Shown: positions 1 through 9,355 of the stretch, piece by piece
Numbering within the stretch: the stretch's first letter is position 1
Layout: the number at the start of each line of letters is the position of its first letter
Source: Oceanispirochaeta sp.
GTDB lineage: Bacteria; Spirochaetota; Spirochaetia; DSM-2461
Length of the DNA stretch: 64,000 nt
Direction: 5' to 3'
Assembly: GCA_963666275.2 (NCBI GenBank)
Contig: CAXXOA010000001.1
Span: 1,408,001 to 1,472,000, forward strand
Notes under the pieces: model-generated
Databases searched by the model: none
The model's input: the letters and a program-made list of their open reading frames with translations, nothing else
Told to the model about the DNA's origin: nothing
Translations under genes and position numbers: made by a program

Positions 1-1
1 T

Positions 2-670
2 TTCGACGGGACCATCCACTGTGTGGTCTGCGGAAAGAGAATTCCCAAAACCTTTGCCCAGGGGAGCTGTTACGACTGTTTCAGAAATGCGCCGGAAAAT
101 GCCGAGTGCATTATCCGGCCTGAACTCTGCCGTGCCCATCTGGGAGAGGGGAGGGACCCCGCCTGGGAGGAGAAACACCATAACCGGCCGCACTTTGTCT
201 ATCTGGCCCTTTCCAGTGCCGTAAAAGTCGGAGTGACCAGGGAAGATCAGATCCCCACCCGCTGGATCGATCAGGGAGCCAGTGAGGGACTGATTCTGGC
301 CCGCTGCCCCAACCGTTATGAGGCGGGAAAGCTGGAAGTCTATCTGAAGGACTTTTTTACAGACCGTACCAACTGGCGCAGGATGCTGAAAAATGAAGTA
401 TCCGGTCAGTCCCTGTCTGAAGTGAAAAAGGATCTGATCCCCCGGATAGCCGGAGACTTCCGGACCTTCATTTCAGAGGACAGCGAACCGGTTGTTCTGG
501 ATTTCCCGGTGGAGGCCTATCCTGAAAAAGTGAAATCTCTGAATCTTCTGAAATCACCTGTATTTCAGGGAGTCCTGTCCGGTGTGAAGGGACAGTACTT
601 TCTGTTTGAGGACGGGACCGTATGGAATGTCCGTTCCCACAGCGGATTTGAAGTTCTTTTCAGGCTCTAG
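2..670 (+). CDS. DUF2797-family protein (5' truncated by window edge)
   Basis: Frame is open from base 2 (FDGTIHCVVCG); CxxCG..QGxCYxC and HxVYLA..KVGVTR..PTRWIDQGA motifs. Confidence 0.8.
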   Translation, partial: FDGTIHCVVCGKRIPKTFAQGSCYDCFRNAPENAECIIRPELCRAHLGEGRDPAWEEKHHNRPHFVYLALSSAVKVGVTREDQIPTRWIDQGASEGLILARCPNRYEAGKLEVYLKDFFTDRTNWRRMLKNEVSGQSLSEVKKDLIPRIAGDFRTFISEDSEPVVLDFPVEAYPEKVKSLNLLKSPVFQGVLSGVKGQYFLFEDGTVWNVRSHSGFEVLFRL

Positions 671-758
671 TGGGGGTTTTAGGGGCTTAAAAAGGGAGTC
701 CCATAAAAAATAGTTGACCCTTTATCAAAAACAGGTGAGTATGAATTGAAGGACTCTC

Positions 759-1970
759 ATGACAGCTCAGCAAATGACAGAAAAACCGAAGGATACTATC
801 AATTTCTCTGCCAGTTATTTCAGTGAATCCCGGCAGCCCCTGGATCTACCGGTCAATCTGGTGCTGAATACCATGGGGCTGGATATCATGAATATCCGGG
901 AGTCCCGGAAAGAGACATCCCCCTCGGGGTATGAGATCCTTCTGAAAGAGTATAAACCCGATCTTATACAGAAACTTATGGTCCAGAACTGCCTTCATCG
1001 GATTGATATCTCCCTGGATGATATCAGAACGGCCCGCAAAGAGGTTCTTGACCTGACCAAACTTGTTCTGTTTTCCCAGCTGTATAATCAGTTCCGCAGA
1101 GAAGTCTTTGAAATGACAGTCTCTTCTCCGCTTATCCTTCAGTGGAACCGGCAGAACCCCCGTAAACAGATCGATTCCCATTCGGACCAGTCTCTTATGA
1201 GGATGGAAGACTCTCTCAGCAAACGGACCGGTGAAGTGAATCTGTTCCGTCAGGAGATCATGAAAAGGCTCTGGGCCGATCACGGCTATCTCTTCAAGGG
1301 GGATGACGACCATCAGAAAAGGATGGGCATGGCAGGAAAGCTGCTCAGTCATATTCACCCCTTCACTCAGACTGTCCTTCTCGATTATGCCAAGATGGAG
1401 GATGTGATAAAACTCCGGGCCCGGATAATCGATACGATTGCCCTCTATCTGAAACGCTACTGTCTGCCCGAATACAATGCTCTGGTCCTTCTGGAGTATC
1501 TGCAGTGTTCCGAAAGAGAGAATCTGACCGCCCAGTACAGAAGGATCATGGAATCCAACGGCAGAGAGGTCTCCGAGTTTCCCATGAACGGGATGATCCG
1601 CAAAGAGCTTATACGGAGAAAAATATCTCCCCGGACCCGGTTCAGTTTCCTTTTTGAAAACCGCAGCAGTCAGTCCCGTGGCAGGATAAGCCGGGTGAGG
1701 ATGGTTGTTCTCAGCGGTGAAAGGGAAATCCGCCGGGTGAATGACATTCTTTTCAACAGAAAAACCGCACTGACTCTGAAAAAAAGTATCAAAGATTACC
1801 TGATGAGAAACGAAAGCACTTCGGGAGAGGCCTTTAATCCTGAAATACTTCACTACTATATGAATCACCTGAAAGAGGAGTGCAGAGAGACCGGCTGCGG
1901 TTTTACCTCTTTTGTCAATTATGACGATGACCATACAGTCTCTCTTACCCATCTAATCTTTGATTGCTGA
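759..1970 (+). CDS. Conserved spirochaete-type hypothetical protein
   Basis: 403-aa ORF with AAGGA RBS upstream of ATG; no clear family. Confidence 0.7.
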   Translation: MTAQQMTEKPKDTINFSASYFSESRQPLDLPVNLVLNTMGLDIMNIRESRKETSPSGYEILLKEYKPDLIQKLMVQNCLHRIDISLDDIRTARKEVLDLTKLVLFSQLYNQFRREVFEMTVSSPLILQWNRQNPRKQIDSHSDQSLMRMEDSLSKRTGEVNLFRQEIMKRLWADHGYLFKGDDDHQKRMGMAGKLLSHIHPFTQTVLLDYAKMEDVIKLRARIIDTIALYLKRYCLPEYNALVLLEYLQCSERENLTAQYRRIMESNGREVSEFPMNGMIRKELIRRKISPRTRFSFLFENRSSQSRGRISRVRMVVLSGEREIRRVNDILFNRKTALTLKKSIKDYLMRNESTSGEAFNPEILHYYMNHLKEECRETGCGFTSFVNYDDDHTVSLTHLIFDC

Positions 1971-2056
1971 AAACCTGTTTCTGCTTGGCAGGCTCCGCTA
2001 TAATTGCTATCTTGGTAAATAATCACACAACTAAAAAATCAATCAGGGAAGTTAAC

Positions 2057-4245
2057 ATGCAAAAAAAGGAAATAAGACGTGCAATCATAATGGTCTTCAT
2101 TCTTCTCGGAGCCTCTCCTCTCTTTGCCAGCGGCGCTGTCGAAGCGGGGCTGACTGAGTTGATGACAGAGCTTGTTTTTAATATCGGGGTCATACTGTTC
2201 GCCGCCCGTCTGGGTGGGTATCTTATGAAAAAGATCAATATGCCTTCCGTCCTGGGAGAGCTTATGATGGGTGTCATTATAGGCCCCTATCTGCTGGGGG
2301 GGATCGCTTTGCCCGGTTTTCCTGAAGGACTGTTCCGGGTTGCCGACGGCAGTATCCCCATCTCTCCGGAACTCTATGGTATCGCCACCATCGCCTCGAT
2401 CATCCTGCTGTTTCATGCGGGTCTGGAAACGGACCTTTCCCTGTTCCTCAGGTTTTCCATCAAAGGAGCGGTCATCGGTATCGGCGGTGTTATCGTTTCC
2501 TTTCTGTCCGGTGCCTGGGCGGGAAGCCTTATCACAGGGACATATATTTTCGGTCCGGTCAACCTCTTTCTGGGGGTCCTTTCCATTGCGACGTCCGTAG
2601 GAATCACGGCCAGAATCCTGTCGGATCAGAGGAAGATGGATTCTCCCGAAGGTGTTACCATCCTGGCGGCGGCGGTTATCGATGATGTGCTTGGTATCAT
2701 CATCCTGGCTATCGTTCTCGGAATTACTTCGGTTATCGCCGATAACGGCGGAAGTATTCACTGGGGGCATATCGGCAGGATTGCTCTGAAAGCCATAGGC
2801 GTCTGGCTGGGAACCACCGCTGTGGGCCTTCTGTTTGCCAGAAAAATCGGAAACACCCTTAAGGTTTTCCGTTCTGAAACGACCATTGCCATTATGAGTC
2901 TGGGACTGGCTCTTCTCCTCTCGGGTATTTTCGAAAAGGCGGGACTGGCAATGATCATCGGTGCCTATGTTATGGGGCTCTCTCTCTCTCGGACAGATCT
3001 GAGTTTTGTCATTCAGGAGAAGCTCCACCCTCTGCAGGAATTCTTTGTTCCCGTCTTCTTCTGTGTTATGGGTATGCTCGTCAATATTCATGAAGTCCTT
3101 AAACCCGAGATTCTGACCTTCGGACTTCTCTTCTCATTGGTGGGGATTCTGGCCAAAATCATAGGATGCGGATTTCCCTCGCTTTTTATGAACTTCAATA
3201 TGAGAGGCGCTCTGAGAATCGGTGTCGGCATGGTTCCCAGAGGGGAAGTGGCCCTGATCATCGCCGGTATAGGAATTGCCAACGGGATCCTCAATGACAG
3301 CCTTTTCGGTGTGGCCATTTTTATGACTCTCTTTACGACCCTTGTCCCGCCGCCCCTGCTCACATTCCTGCTGAAAAACGGGAAGAAAGGAACTAAAACG
3401 GAGATGAAGGGATCTGATTCGGTCAACACGGTCTTCCATTTCCCCTCCCGGGAAATGACCCAGATGGCCATTGAAAATGTAATCCAGTCATTGAAGGATG
3501 AGGGCTTTTATGTCTTTGAAATCGACGTGGAGGATCATCTTGTTTTCCAGGTACGGAAGGATGATATCTTCTATGTCTTTCATGAGTATGAAAGCCATCT
3601 GGATGTCAACTCGGATCCCGTGGATGTACACTATCTGAAAACCATTGTCTATGAGTCTCTCCTTGAGATGCATGAAACCATCAATAAGCTCAAAGACCTT
3701 GCCAGGCCGGAAACCCTGAAAGAGGGAATGCTCGACCTCGGTTCCGATCAGGTAACCCGGGTCCAGGATGATCATCTGAAAAATATCCATGAGAGCTGTA
3801 TCAAGCTGAATCTGGAAAGCAATGACAAGGACAGCCTCTTATCGAAATGGTTCAGCTCCTCAGTAATTCCGGGCTGATTACAAACTTTGATGAATGTGTT
3901 CAGGCTGTAAGGGAACGGGAAGCCTCCATGAGTACGGGTATGCAGCATGGAATCGCGATCCCCCATGGGAAAACAGACGGCGTTAAAAGCCTTGCTGTTG
4001 CTATCGGACTGAAAAAAGAGGGGGTAGAGTTCAATGCCCTGGACGGTCAGGACTCCAAAATCTTCATTATGACCATTTCACCCAAAAATGCGGCTGGTCC
4101 CCATATTCAGTTTCTCTCGTCGATCAGCGCCATTATGAATAAACCCGGTTTTACCGAAGAACTGCTCAATTGTGCTTCCGAAGCGGAAGTGAAGGAACTT
4201 CTGGTTCAGGCCGGAAAGGAAAGCAGCAAAGAGAAAACTCTCTGA
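2057..4245 (+). pseudogene. CPA2 cation:proton antiporter fused to PTS EIIA domain, split by a frameshift near 3840
   Basis: 2057-3877 carries CPA2 motifs (LFHAGLETD, AAVIDDVLG, GMVPRGEVALI); 3847-4245 carries the EIIA motif STGMQHGIAIPHG; the EIIA N-terminus (IKLNLESNDKDSL) lies in the first frame. Confidence 0.7.
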
Positions 4246-4273
4246 TATTGAAGGGAATTCCCCCTGAAAATAA

Positions 4274-4308
4274 AAAAGCCTCCGGACCAGATCCCGGAGG
4301 CTTTTCTT
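4274..4308. terminator. Bidirectional intrinsic terminator
   Basis: AAAAGCCTCCGG/CCGGAGGCTTTT inverted repeat between convergent genes. Confidence 0.8.
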
Positions 4309-4329
4309 TATTCGACACCCGGCAGGAAA

Positions 4330-5028
4330 TTAATCCTGCACATCTTCAGGGATGCGGCCTCTTTTTTTGAGAGACACAGCCCAGTAGATAAACGGGGTAT
4401 CCATGGCAGCGACAATCCATTTAATCACATAGGTGGAGAGGAGTATCTCTATCAGCACGGGAACCGGAAAAGAACCGGCAAAAGCAACCAGAGTGAAAAC
4501 AACCGAATCCAGAAGCTGACTCACCATGGTGCTGGCATTATTTCTGAGCCAGATCAGTCTGGTGGAGGGCCATTTCTTTTTCCAGAACTGGTAAGCCCAG
4601 ACATCGTGGGTCTGGGAGACTCCGAAGGCCAGAAGGCTGGCAAAAGCAATCCTGGGCATGAAGCCGAAAATATCCTTTAAAGGACTGTTGGCCCAGTCAT
4701 CGCCGGCGGGAATGAACCACAGGGCAAACTGGAAAAGCAGGGTTGAGGCAATCAGAGCCATAAATCCCATAAGCACCGCTTTGGACGCTGATTTCTTTCC
4801 ATAGTTTTCCGACAGTATATCCGTCACCAGAAAGGATGAGGCATAGACAATATTTCCCAGGGTGGCACTGATGCCGAACAGGTCGATCAGTTTGAGTACC
4901 TGTATGTTGGCAACAATAACAGCCAGGGGAATCCAGATGTAGAGCCCGGTCTTTCCCAGGACTCTGTAAAAAAGTAGAATTGAGAGGAAGTTCACCAGCA
5001 GCATGGCGAACCATAGAAGTTCATTCAT
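4330..5028 (-). CDS. Queuosine precursor transporter (YhhQ/DUF165, VUT family)
   Basis: ANIQVLK, TLGNIVYAS.FL.TDILSE.YG, PRIA.ASL.AF.VSQ..DV, WLRNNASTMVSQLLDS motifs; start at ATG 5028 after GGGAGA. Confidence 0.9.
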   Translation of the reverse strand: MNELLWFAMLLVNFLSILLFYRVLGKTGLYIWIPLAVIVANIQVLKLIDLFGISATLGNIVYASSFLVTDILSENYGKKSASKAVLMGFMALIASTLLFQFALWFIPAGDDWANSPLKDIFGFMPRIAFASLLAFGVSQTHDVWAYQFWKKKWPSTRLIWLRNNASTMVSQLLDSVVFTLVAFAGSFPVPVLIEILLSTYVIKWIVAAMDTPFIYWAVSLKKRGRIPEDVQD

Positions 5029-5037
5029 TATAGAATA

Positions 5038-5108
5038 TCTCCCAGTTTTGATTCTGAACCGGAGCCCTGGGGCCCGGAGCAAAAGGCGGGTAAAATCTGG
5101 CACCGCCT
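5038..5108 (-). ncRNA. preQ1 class I-like riboswitch with a hairpin inserted in L3
   Basis: P1 AGGCGG/CCGCCU; loop UGCCAGAUUUUAC; 3' tail AAUCAAAACUGG pairs with CCAG and overlaps the SD; directly upstream of the Q-precursor transporter. Confidence 0.65.
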
Positions 5109-5336
5109 GTGCGGATTAACAATCCGAGGATCCATAATAATGACTCTCTCAGGGTCTGGCAAGAGTCAGATGAGGGCTTTTGGGGAGGAATCGGTATAAA
5201 AATATGCCCTGAACCGAGGGGGCCGGGCCCTCCCGGCCGTTATCCGGATCCTGTCTCAGGGAGAAACCCTTCCCGCCAAGACCCGTTCCCGGGCATCTGT
5301 CAGGTAATTATTTTTTCCTATAGCACTTATGTGCCT

Positions 5337-5365
5337 TTGACAGAGAGCCTTGATTCTCATATGAT
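5337..5365 (+). promoter_or_regulatory. sigma-70 promoter of the DEAD-box helicase
   Basis: TTGACA-N17-TATGAT. Confidence 0.75.
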
Positions 5366-5425
5366 ACAGGGATATTTTGTGCCAGCTACCCACAAATCGA
5401 ACTATTTATATTTTAAGGAAAATTA

Positions 5426-7189
5426 TTGAAATTTACAGAACTGAATCTGAATGAGGCCATTCAGAAAGCAATTGCTGGTATGGGTTTTGAAGAACCCACG
5501 CCCATTCAGGCAAAATCCATTCCGACGGTATTGGAGTCGGAAAATGATATTATCGGTCTGGCTCAGACCGGAACAGGAAAAACCGCAGCCTTCGGACTGC
5601 CTCTCCTTCAGAAAACCGATCTTCAGAGCTCTGCAACACAGGGAGTTATCCTCTGTCCCACAAGAGAACTCTGCCTTCAGATTTATAATGAAATGTCCAA
5701 CTTTGGAAAGTATTCCAAAGGTTTGAATATGACCCCGGTTTACGGCGGTCAGGATATGGGAGCCCAGATCCGATCCATTAAAAGGGGAAGTCAGATTCTG
5801 ATAGCCACCCCGGGTCGCCTTGCAGACCTGATTAAACGGGGTGTCGCCCGACTTGAAGATGTCCGCTATCTGGTTCTGGATGAAGCAGACATCATGCTGA
5901 ATATGGGGTTCCGGGATGAACTGGATCAGATCCTCTCATCTCTTCCCAGAGAAAGACAGACCCTGCTTTTTTCTGCCACCATGCCGAAAGAAGTCGCCCG
6001 GATCGCCAGAGAGTACATGCAGGATCCCTCTGAAATAACGGTGGGCGATAAAAATGTCGGAACAGACACGATTGAACACTACTACTATCTTGTCCAGCAG
6101 AGAGACAGGTACAACGCTCTGAAACGGCTTGTGGATTTCAATCCGGATATATACGGACTGATTTTCTGCCGGACCCGGGCGGATACCCAGATCATTGCGG
6201 ATAAAATGCTCAAAGACGGGTATAACGTGGATGCCCTCCATGGTGATATGTCCCAGCAGCAGCGGGAATATGTGATGAAGAAATTCCGTGATCAGAGCCT
6301 CCAGCTCCTTGTGGCTACGGATATTGCCGCCAGAGGACTGGATGTGAACAATCTGACTCACGTTATTCACTATGAACTTCCCGATGAAACAGAAGCCTAT
6401 AACCATAGAAGCGGCAGAACCGGACGTGCCGGTCGCAGGGGAACTTCCTGTGCCATCATCAATATGAGAGAAAAATACAAGATCAAAAGGATTGAAAACA
6501 TCCTGGGTCGAAAAATTCTCCAGGCACCCGTTCCTCTGGGTGAGGATATCTGTGAGCAGCAGCTGATGCATCTGATTGACCGTGTGCATAACGTAGTGGT
6601 TGACGAAGAGCAGATCGCTCCCTTTGTGGAAATCATCGAGGATAAGCTGAAAGGTCTGAACAGGCAGACCCTGCTGAAACATTTTATCTCTCTGGAATTC
6701 AACCGTTTTCTCCAGTATTACGGTAACGAACCGGATCTGATGCCTATCAGGGCTGAAAGGACAAGAGACTCCCGTGACAGGGACGGCGGCAGGAGAGGAA
6801 ACAGCCGGGACGGTGACTGGAAGAAGAGGGATGATAATATCCGCTATACCCACATCAATCTGAATCTGGGTCATAAAGACAGGATTACGCCTCCCCATCT
6901 GATCAGTCTCATCAACCGCAATACCAAAGGAACTCAGGTTCCCATCGGTCGGATTGATATCGGTCCCACCAAGTCGTCTATCCAGGTGGCTTCCGAGTTT
7001 GCTTCGCTGGTGGAAGAGTCTCTGAAGAGAGTTCCCTTCGGAGAAAAGAGGATCAAGCTCTCTGTTCATCAGTCAGACGGTCCCTCTAGGCCCTCCTCCC
7101 ATAGCCATCCCGGATCCTTCAAAAATAAGAATGGACGCCGCAAGGGCGGAGCAAAACCCAGAAAAAGCAGTCCCGGTCGGAAATCCTGA
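5426..7189 (+). CDS. DEAD-box RNA helicase (DeaD/CsdA-like) with DbpA-type C-terminal RNA-binding domain
   Basis: AQTGTGKT, PTREL, TPGR, DEAD, SAT, HRSGRTGRAG motifs; TTG start. Confidence 0.92.
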   Translation: MKFTELNLNEAIQKAIAGMGFEEPTPIQAKSIPTVLESENDIIGLAQTGTGKTAAFGLPLLQKTDLQSSATQGVILCPTRELCLQIYNEMSNFGKYSKGLNMTPVYGGQDMGAQIRSIKRGSQILIATPGRLADLIKRGVARLEDVRYLVLDEADIMLNMGFRDELDQILSSLPRERQTLLFSATMPKEVARIAREYMQDPSEITVGDKNVGTDTIEHYYYLVQQRDRYNALKRLVDFNPDIYGLIFCRTRADTQIIADKMLKDGYNVDALHGDMSQQQREYVMKKFRDQSLQLLVATDIAARGLDVNNLTHVIHYELPDETEAYNHRSGRTGRAGRRGTSCAIINMREKYKIKRIENILGRKILQAPVPLGEDICEQQLMHLIDRVHNVVVDEEQIAPFVEIIEDKLKGLNRQTLLKHFISLEFNRFLQYYGNEPDLMPIRAERTRDSRDRDGGRRGNSRDGDWKKRDDNIRYTHINLNLGHKDRITPPHLISLINRNTKGTQVPIGRIDIGPTKSSIQVASEFASLVEESLKRVPFGEKRIKLSVHQSDGPSRPSSHSHPGSFKNKNGRRKGGAKPRKSSPGRKS

Positions 7190-7207
7190 TATTTTAAAGA
7201 CTCCCGG

Positions 7208-7234
7208 TTAAGAAAAATTTTCAGATTCCGATGA
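7208..7234 (+). promoter_or_regulatory. Putative sigma-28 promoter of the flagellar rod operon
   Basis: TTAA-N15-TCCGATGA about 65 nt upstream of flgF. Confidence 0.55.
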
Positions 7235-7299
7235 TGTAATTAGGAACAGCAGCCCTTGTGCTGCTTTCCTGATACAACATTCAGGGAGAATCTGAGAAC

Positions 7300-8154
7300 A
7301 TGATTCGCGGACTATACACAGGCGCCAGCGGAATGCAGGCTCAACAGCATAGAATGGATGCCCTTGCCAATAACCTGGCAAATGTCGATCTGACCGGTTA
7401 CAAACGGGATACATCAGTACATAAGGCTTTTCCGGAAATGCTGATCCGTCGATTCAATGATGACGGTGTTCATCAGTTTCCCATAGGCAGTGTGGATTCC
7501 GCACCCATCGTGGGAAAACTGGGAACAGGGGTTGAATACAACGAATCCTATACTGTTTTCGAACAGGGAGCTCTGAAAGAGACTTCCAATCCCTTCGATC
7601 TGGCCCTGGACGGAGACGGTTTTTTCACCATAAAAACCAACCAGGGAGAACGGTATACCCGGAACGGAACATTCATTCTGGGTAAAGAAGGATACCTTCT
7701 TACAAAAGAGGGTTACCAGGTTCTCGGTGAAAACGGTCCCATCCAGATAAAACTCAACAACTTTACCATAGATAAACAGGGAAGGATCTTCCAGAACGGA
7801 GAGCTTTCCGAAAATCCCAGGCGTCTTGTTTCCATGAATGAGAATGACTGGGCCGATACAGAGCTTGTGGATAATCTCAAAATTGTCCGGTTTGAAGGGA
7901 ACGGTAACAGGTTCCTCAAAAAACAGGGCAGTTCCCTCTGGACGGATACTCCCGAATCCGGAGCCGCCTATGTAGCAGAAACAGGCGGCAGACCGAAAGT
8001 TCTGCAGGGGTTCCTGGAAGCATCCAATGTGAATCCTGTCAGAGAAATGGTGAATATGATTGAAGTGAACAGAGCCTATGAAGCCAATCAGAAGGTGATC
8101 ACTTCTCAGGACAGTCTTTTGAATAAACTGATAAATCAGGCGGCCAGGTACTAA
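7300..8154 (+). CDS. flgF: Flagellar basal-body rod protein FlgF (FlhO-type)
   Basis: ANNLAN, YTRNG and LEASNV..EMVNMI..RAYEAN motifs; precedes flgG. Confidence 0.8.
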   Translation: MIRGLYTGASGMQAQQHRMDALANNLANVDLTGYKRDTSVHKAFPEMLIRRFNDDGVHQFPIGSVDSAPIVGKLGTGVEYNESYTVFEQGALKETSNPFDLALDGDGFFTIKTNQGERYTRNGTFILGKEGYLLTKEGYQVLGENGPIQIKLNNFTIDKQGRIFQNGELSENPRRLVSMNENDWADTELVDNLKIVRFEGNGNRFLKKQGSSLWTDTPESGAAYVAETGGRPKVLQGFLEASNVNPVREMVNMIEVNRAYEANQKVITSQDSLLNKLINQAARY

Positions 8155-8177
8155 GAGGCCCCTAGGAGTATAGCATT

Positions 8178-8972
8178 ATGATGAGATCATTATGGACAGC
8201 CGCATCAGGAATGAACGGCCAGCAGTTCAACATCGATACAATTTCCAACAACCTGTCAAATGTGAATACCACAGGGTATAAGCAGGTCCGTGCGGATTTT
8301 GAAGATCTGATTTATCAGACAAGCCGCATAGCCGGGACCCCTGCCACAGAAGATACTGTGGTTCCCACGGGAATTCAGGTGGGTCATGGAGTTAAAGTGG
8401 CTGCCACTCAGAGGATGTTTACCCAGGGATCTCTTCAGAATACAGGGAATGATTCGGATATAGCCATCATGGGGGAAGGTTTTTTCAGAACCCTCCAGAT
8501 CGACGGTACCTACGGCTACACAAGAGACGGAGCGTTTAAAATCGACTCGAATGGACAGATTGTTACATCCAATGGAAACAAGCTTCTGCCGGAAGTGATC
8601 CTGCCCGAGGGATTTATTCGGGATTCTCTTGCCATCAGTCAGGACGGAAGGATCAGTGTAAAACTGCCCGGCGGAGATGACCCTGTCGATGTGGGACAGC
8701 TCCAGCTTTTCCGCTTTGTGAACCCCGCAGGTCTTCAGTCTGTAGGAGAAAATACATTCAAAATTTCCAGTGCCTCCGGAGATCCTATCGGAGGAAGACC
8801 CGGCTTTGAAGGAATGGGTAAGGTTTACCATAAGTTCCTTGAAAACTCCAATGTCTCTGTTGTAAAAGAGATGGTCAGCATGATCGTGGCCCAGAGGGCC
8901 TATGAGCTCAATTCCAAGGCGATCCAGACTTCTGATTCCATGCTGCAGATCGCCAACGGGCTGAAAAGGTAA
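8178..8972 (+). CDS. flgG: Flagellar distal rod protein FlgG
   Basis: MRSLWTAASGM, PTGIQVGHGV, QRAYELNSKAIQTSDSML. Confidence 0.95.
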   Translation: MMRSLWTAASGMNGQQFNIDTISNNLSNVNTTGYKQVRADFEDLIYQTSRIAGTPATEDTVVPTGIQVGHGVKVAATQRMFTQGSLQNTGNDSDIAIMGEGFFRTLQIDGTYGYTRDGAFKIDSNGQIVTSNGNKLLPEVILPEGFIRDSLAISQDGRISVKLPGGDDPVDVGQLQLFRFVNPAGLQSVGENTFKISSASGDPIGGRPGFEGMGKVYHKFLENSNVSVVKEMVSMIVAQRAYELNSKAIQTSDSMLQIANGLKR

Positions 8973-8987
8973 TAGGAGGATCCCTGA

Positions 8988-9335
8988 ATGAGTGAAAATA
9001 TAAGTACTGCCGGCCAGTTTTACTATCAGAACAACAGCAGGTCTGTTCTGGAATCCACGCTGAACAGACAGGGATCCAAAGCCAATCAGTCCGAGATGGA
9101 TAAACTCAAAGACGCCTGTATGAATTTTGAGTCCCTTTTTGTCAAACAGATGCTGGATTCCATGAGAAAGACAGTCAATAAATCGGAACTGCTTGAAAAG
9201 AATATGGGAGAAGATATCTTTGAAGATATGCTCTATGATGAATATGCCAAAAAAATGACCCAGACTTCCCGCCTGGGAATCGGGGAAATGATGTACAATC
9301 AGCTTTCCCGGCAGCTCCCCTCAGAAATCCTTTAA
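8988..9335 (+). CDS. flgJ: Single-domain FlgJ (rod-binding domain, no muramidase)
   Basis: LKDAC.NFESLFVKQML.SMRKT..IF.DMLYDEYA..LGI.EM.Y.QL. Confidence 0.85.
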   Translation: MSENISTAGQFYYQNNSRSVLESTLNRQGSKANQSEMDKLKDACMNFESLFVKQMLDSMRKTVNKSELLEKNMGEDIFEDMLYDEYAKKMTQTSRLGIGEMMYNQLSRQLPSEIL

Positions 9336-9355
9336 ACCAAAACCGGCTTTAAAAG

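Noticed and set aside
5109..5429. 106-aa ORF upstream of the DEAD helicase
   Set aside because: Pro/Gly-rich translation of hairpin DNA that runs through the helicase promoter; no RBS
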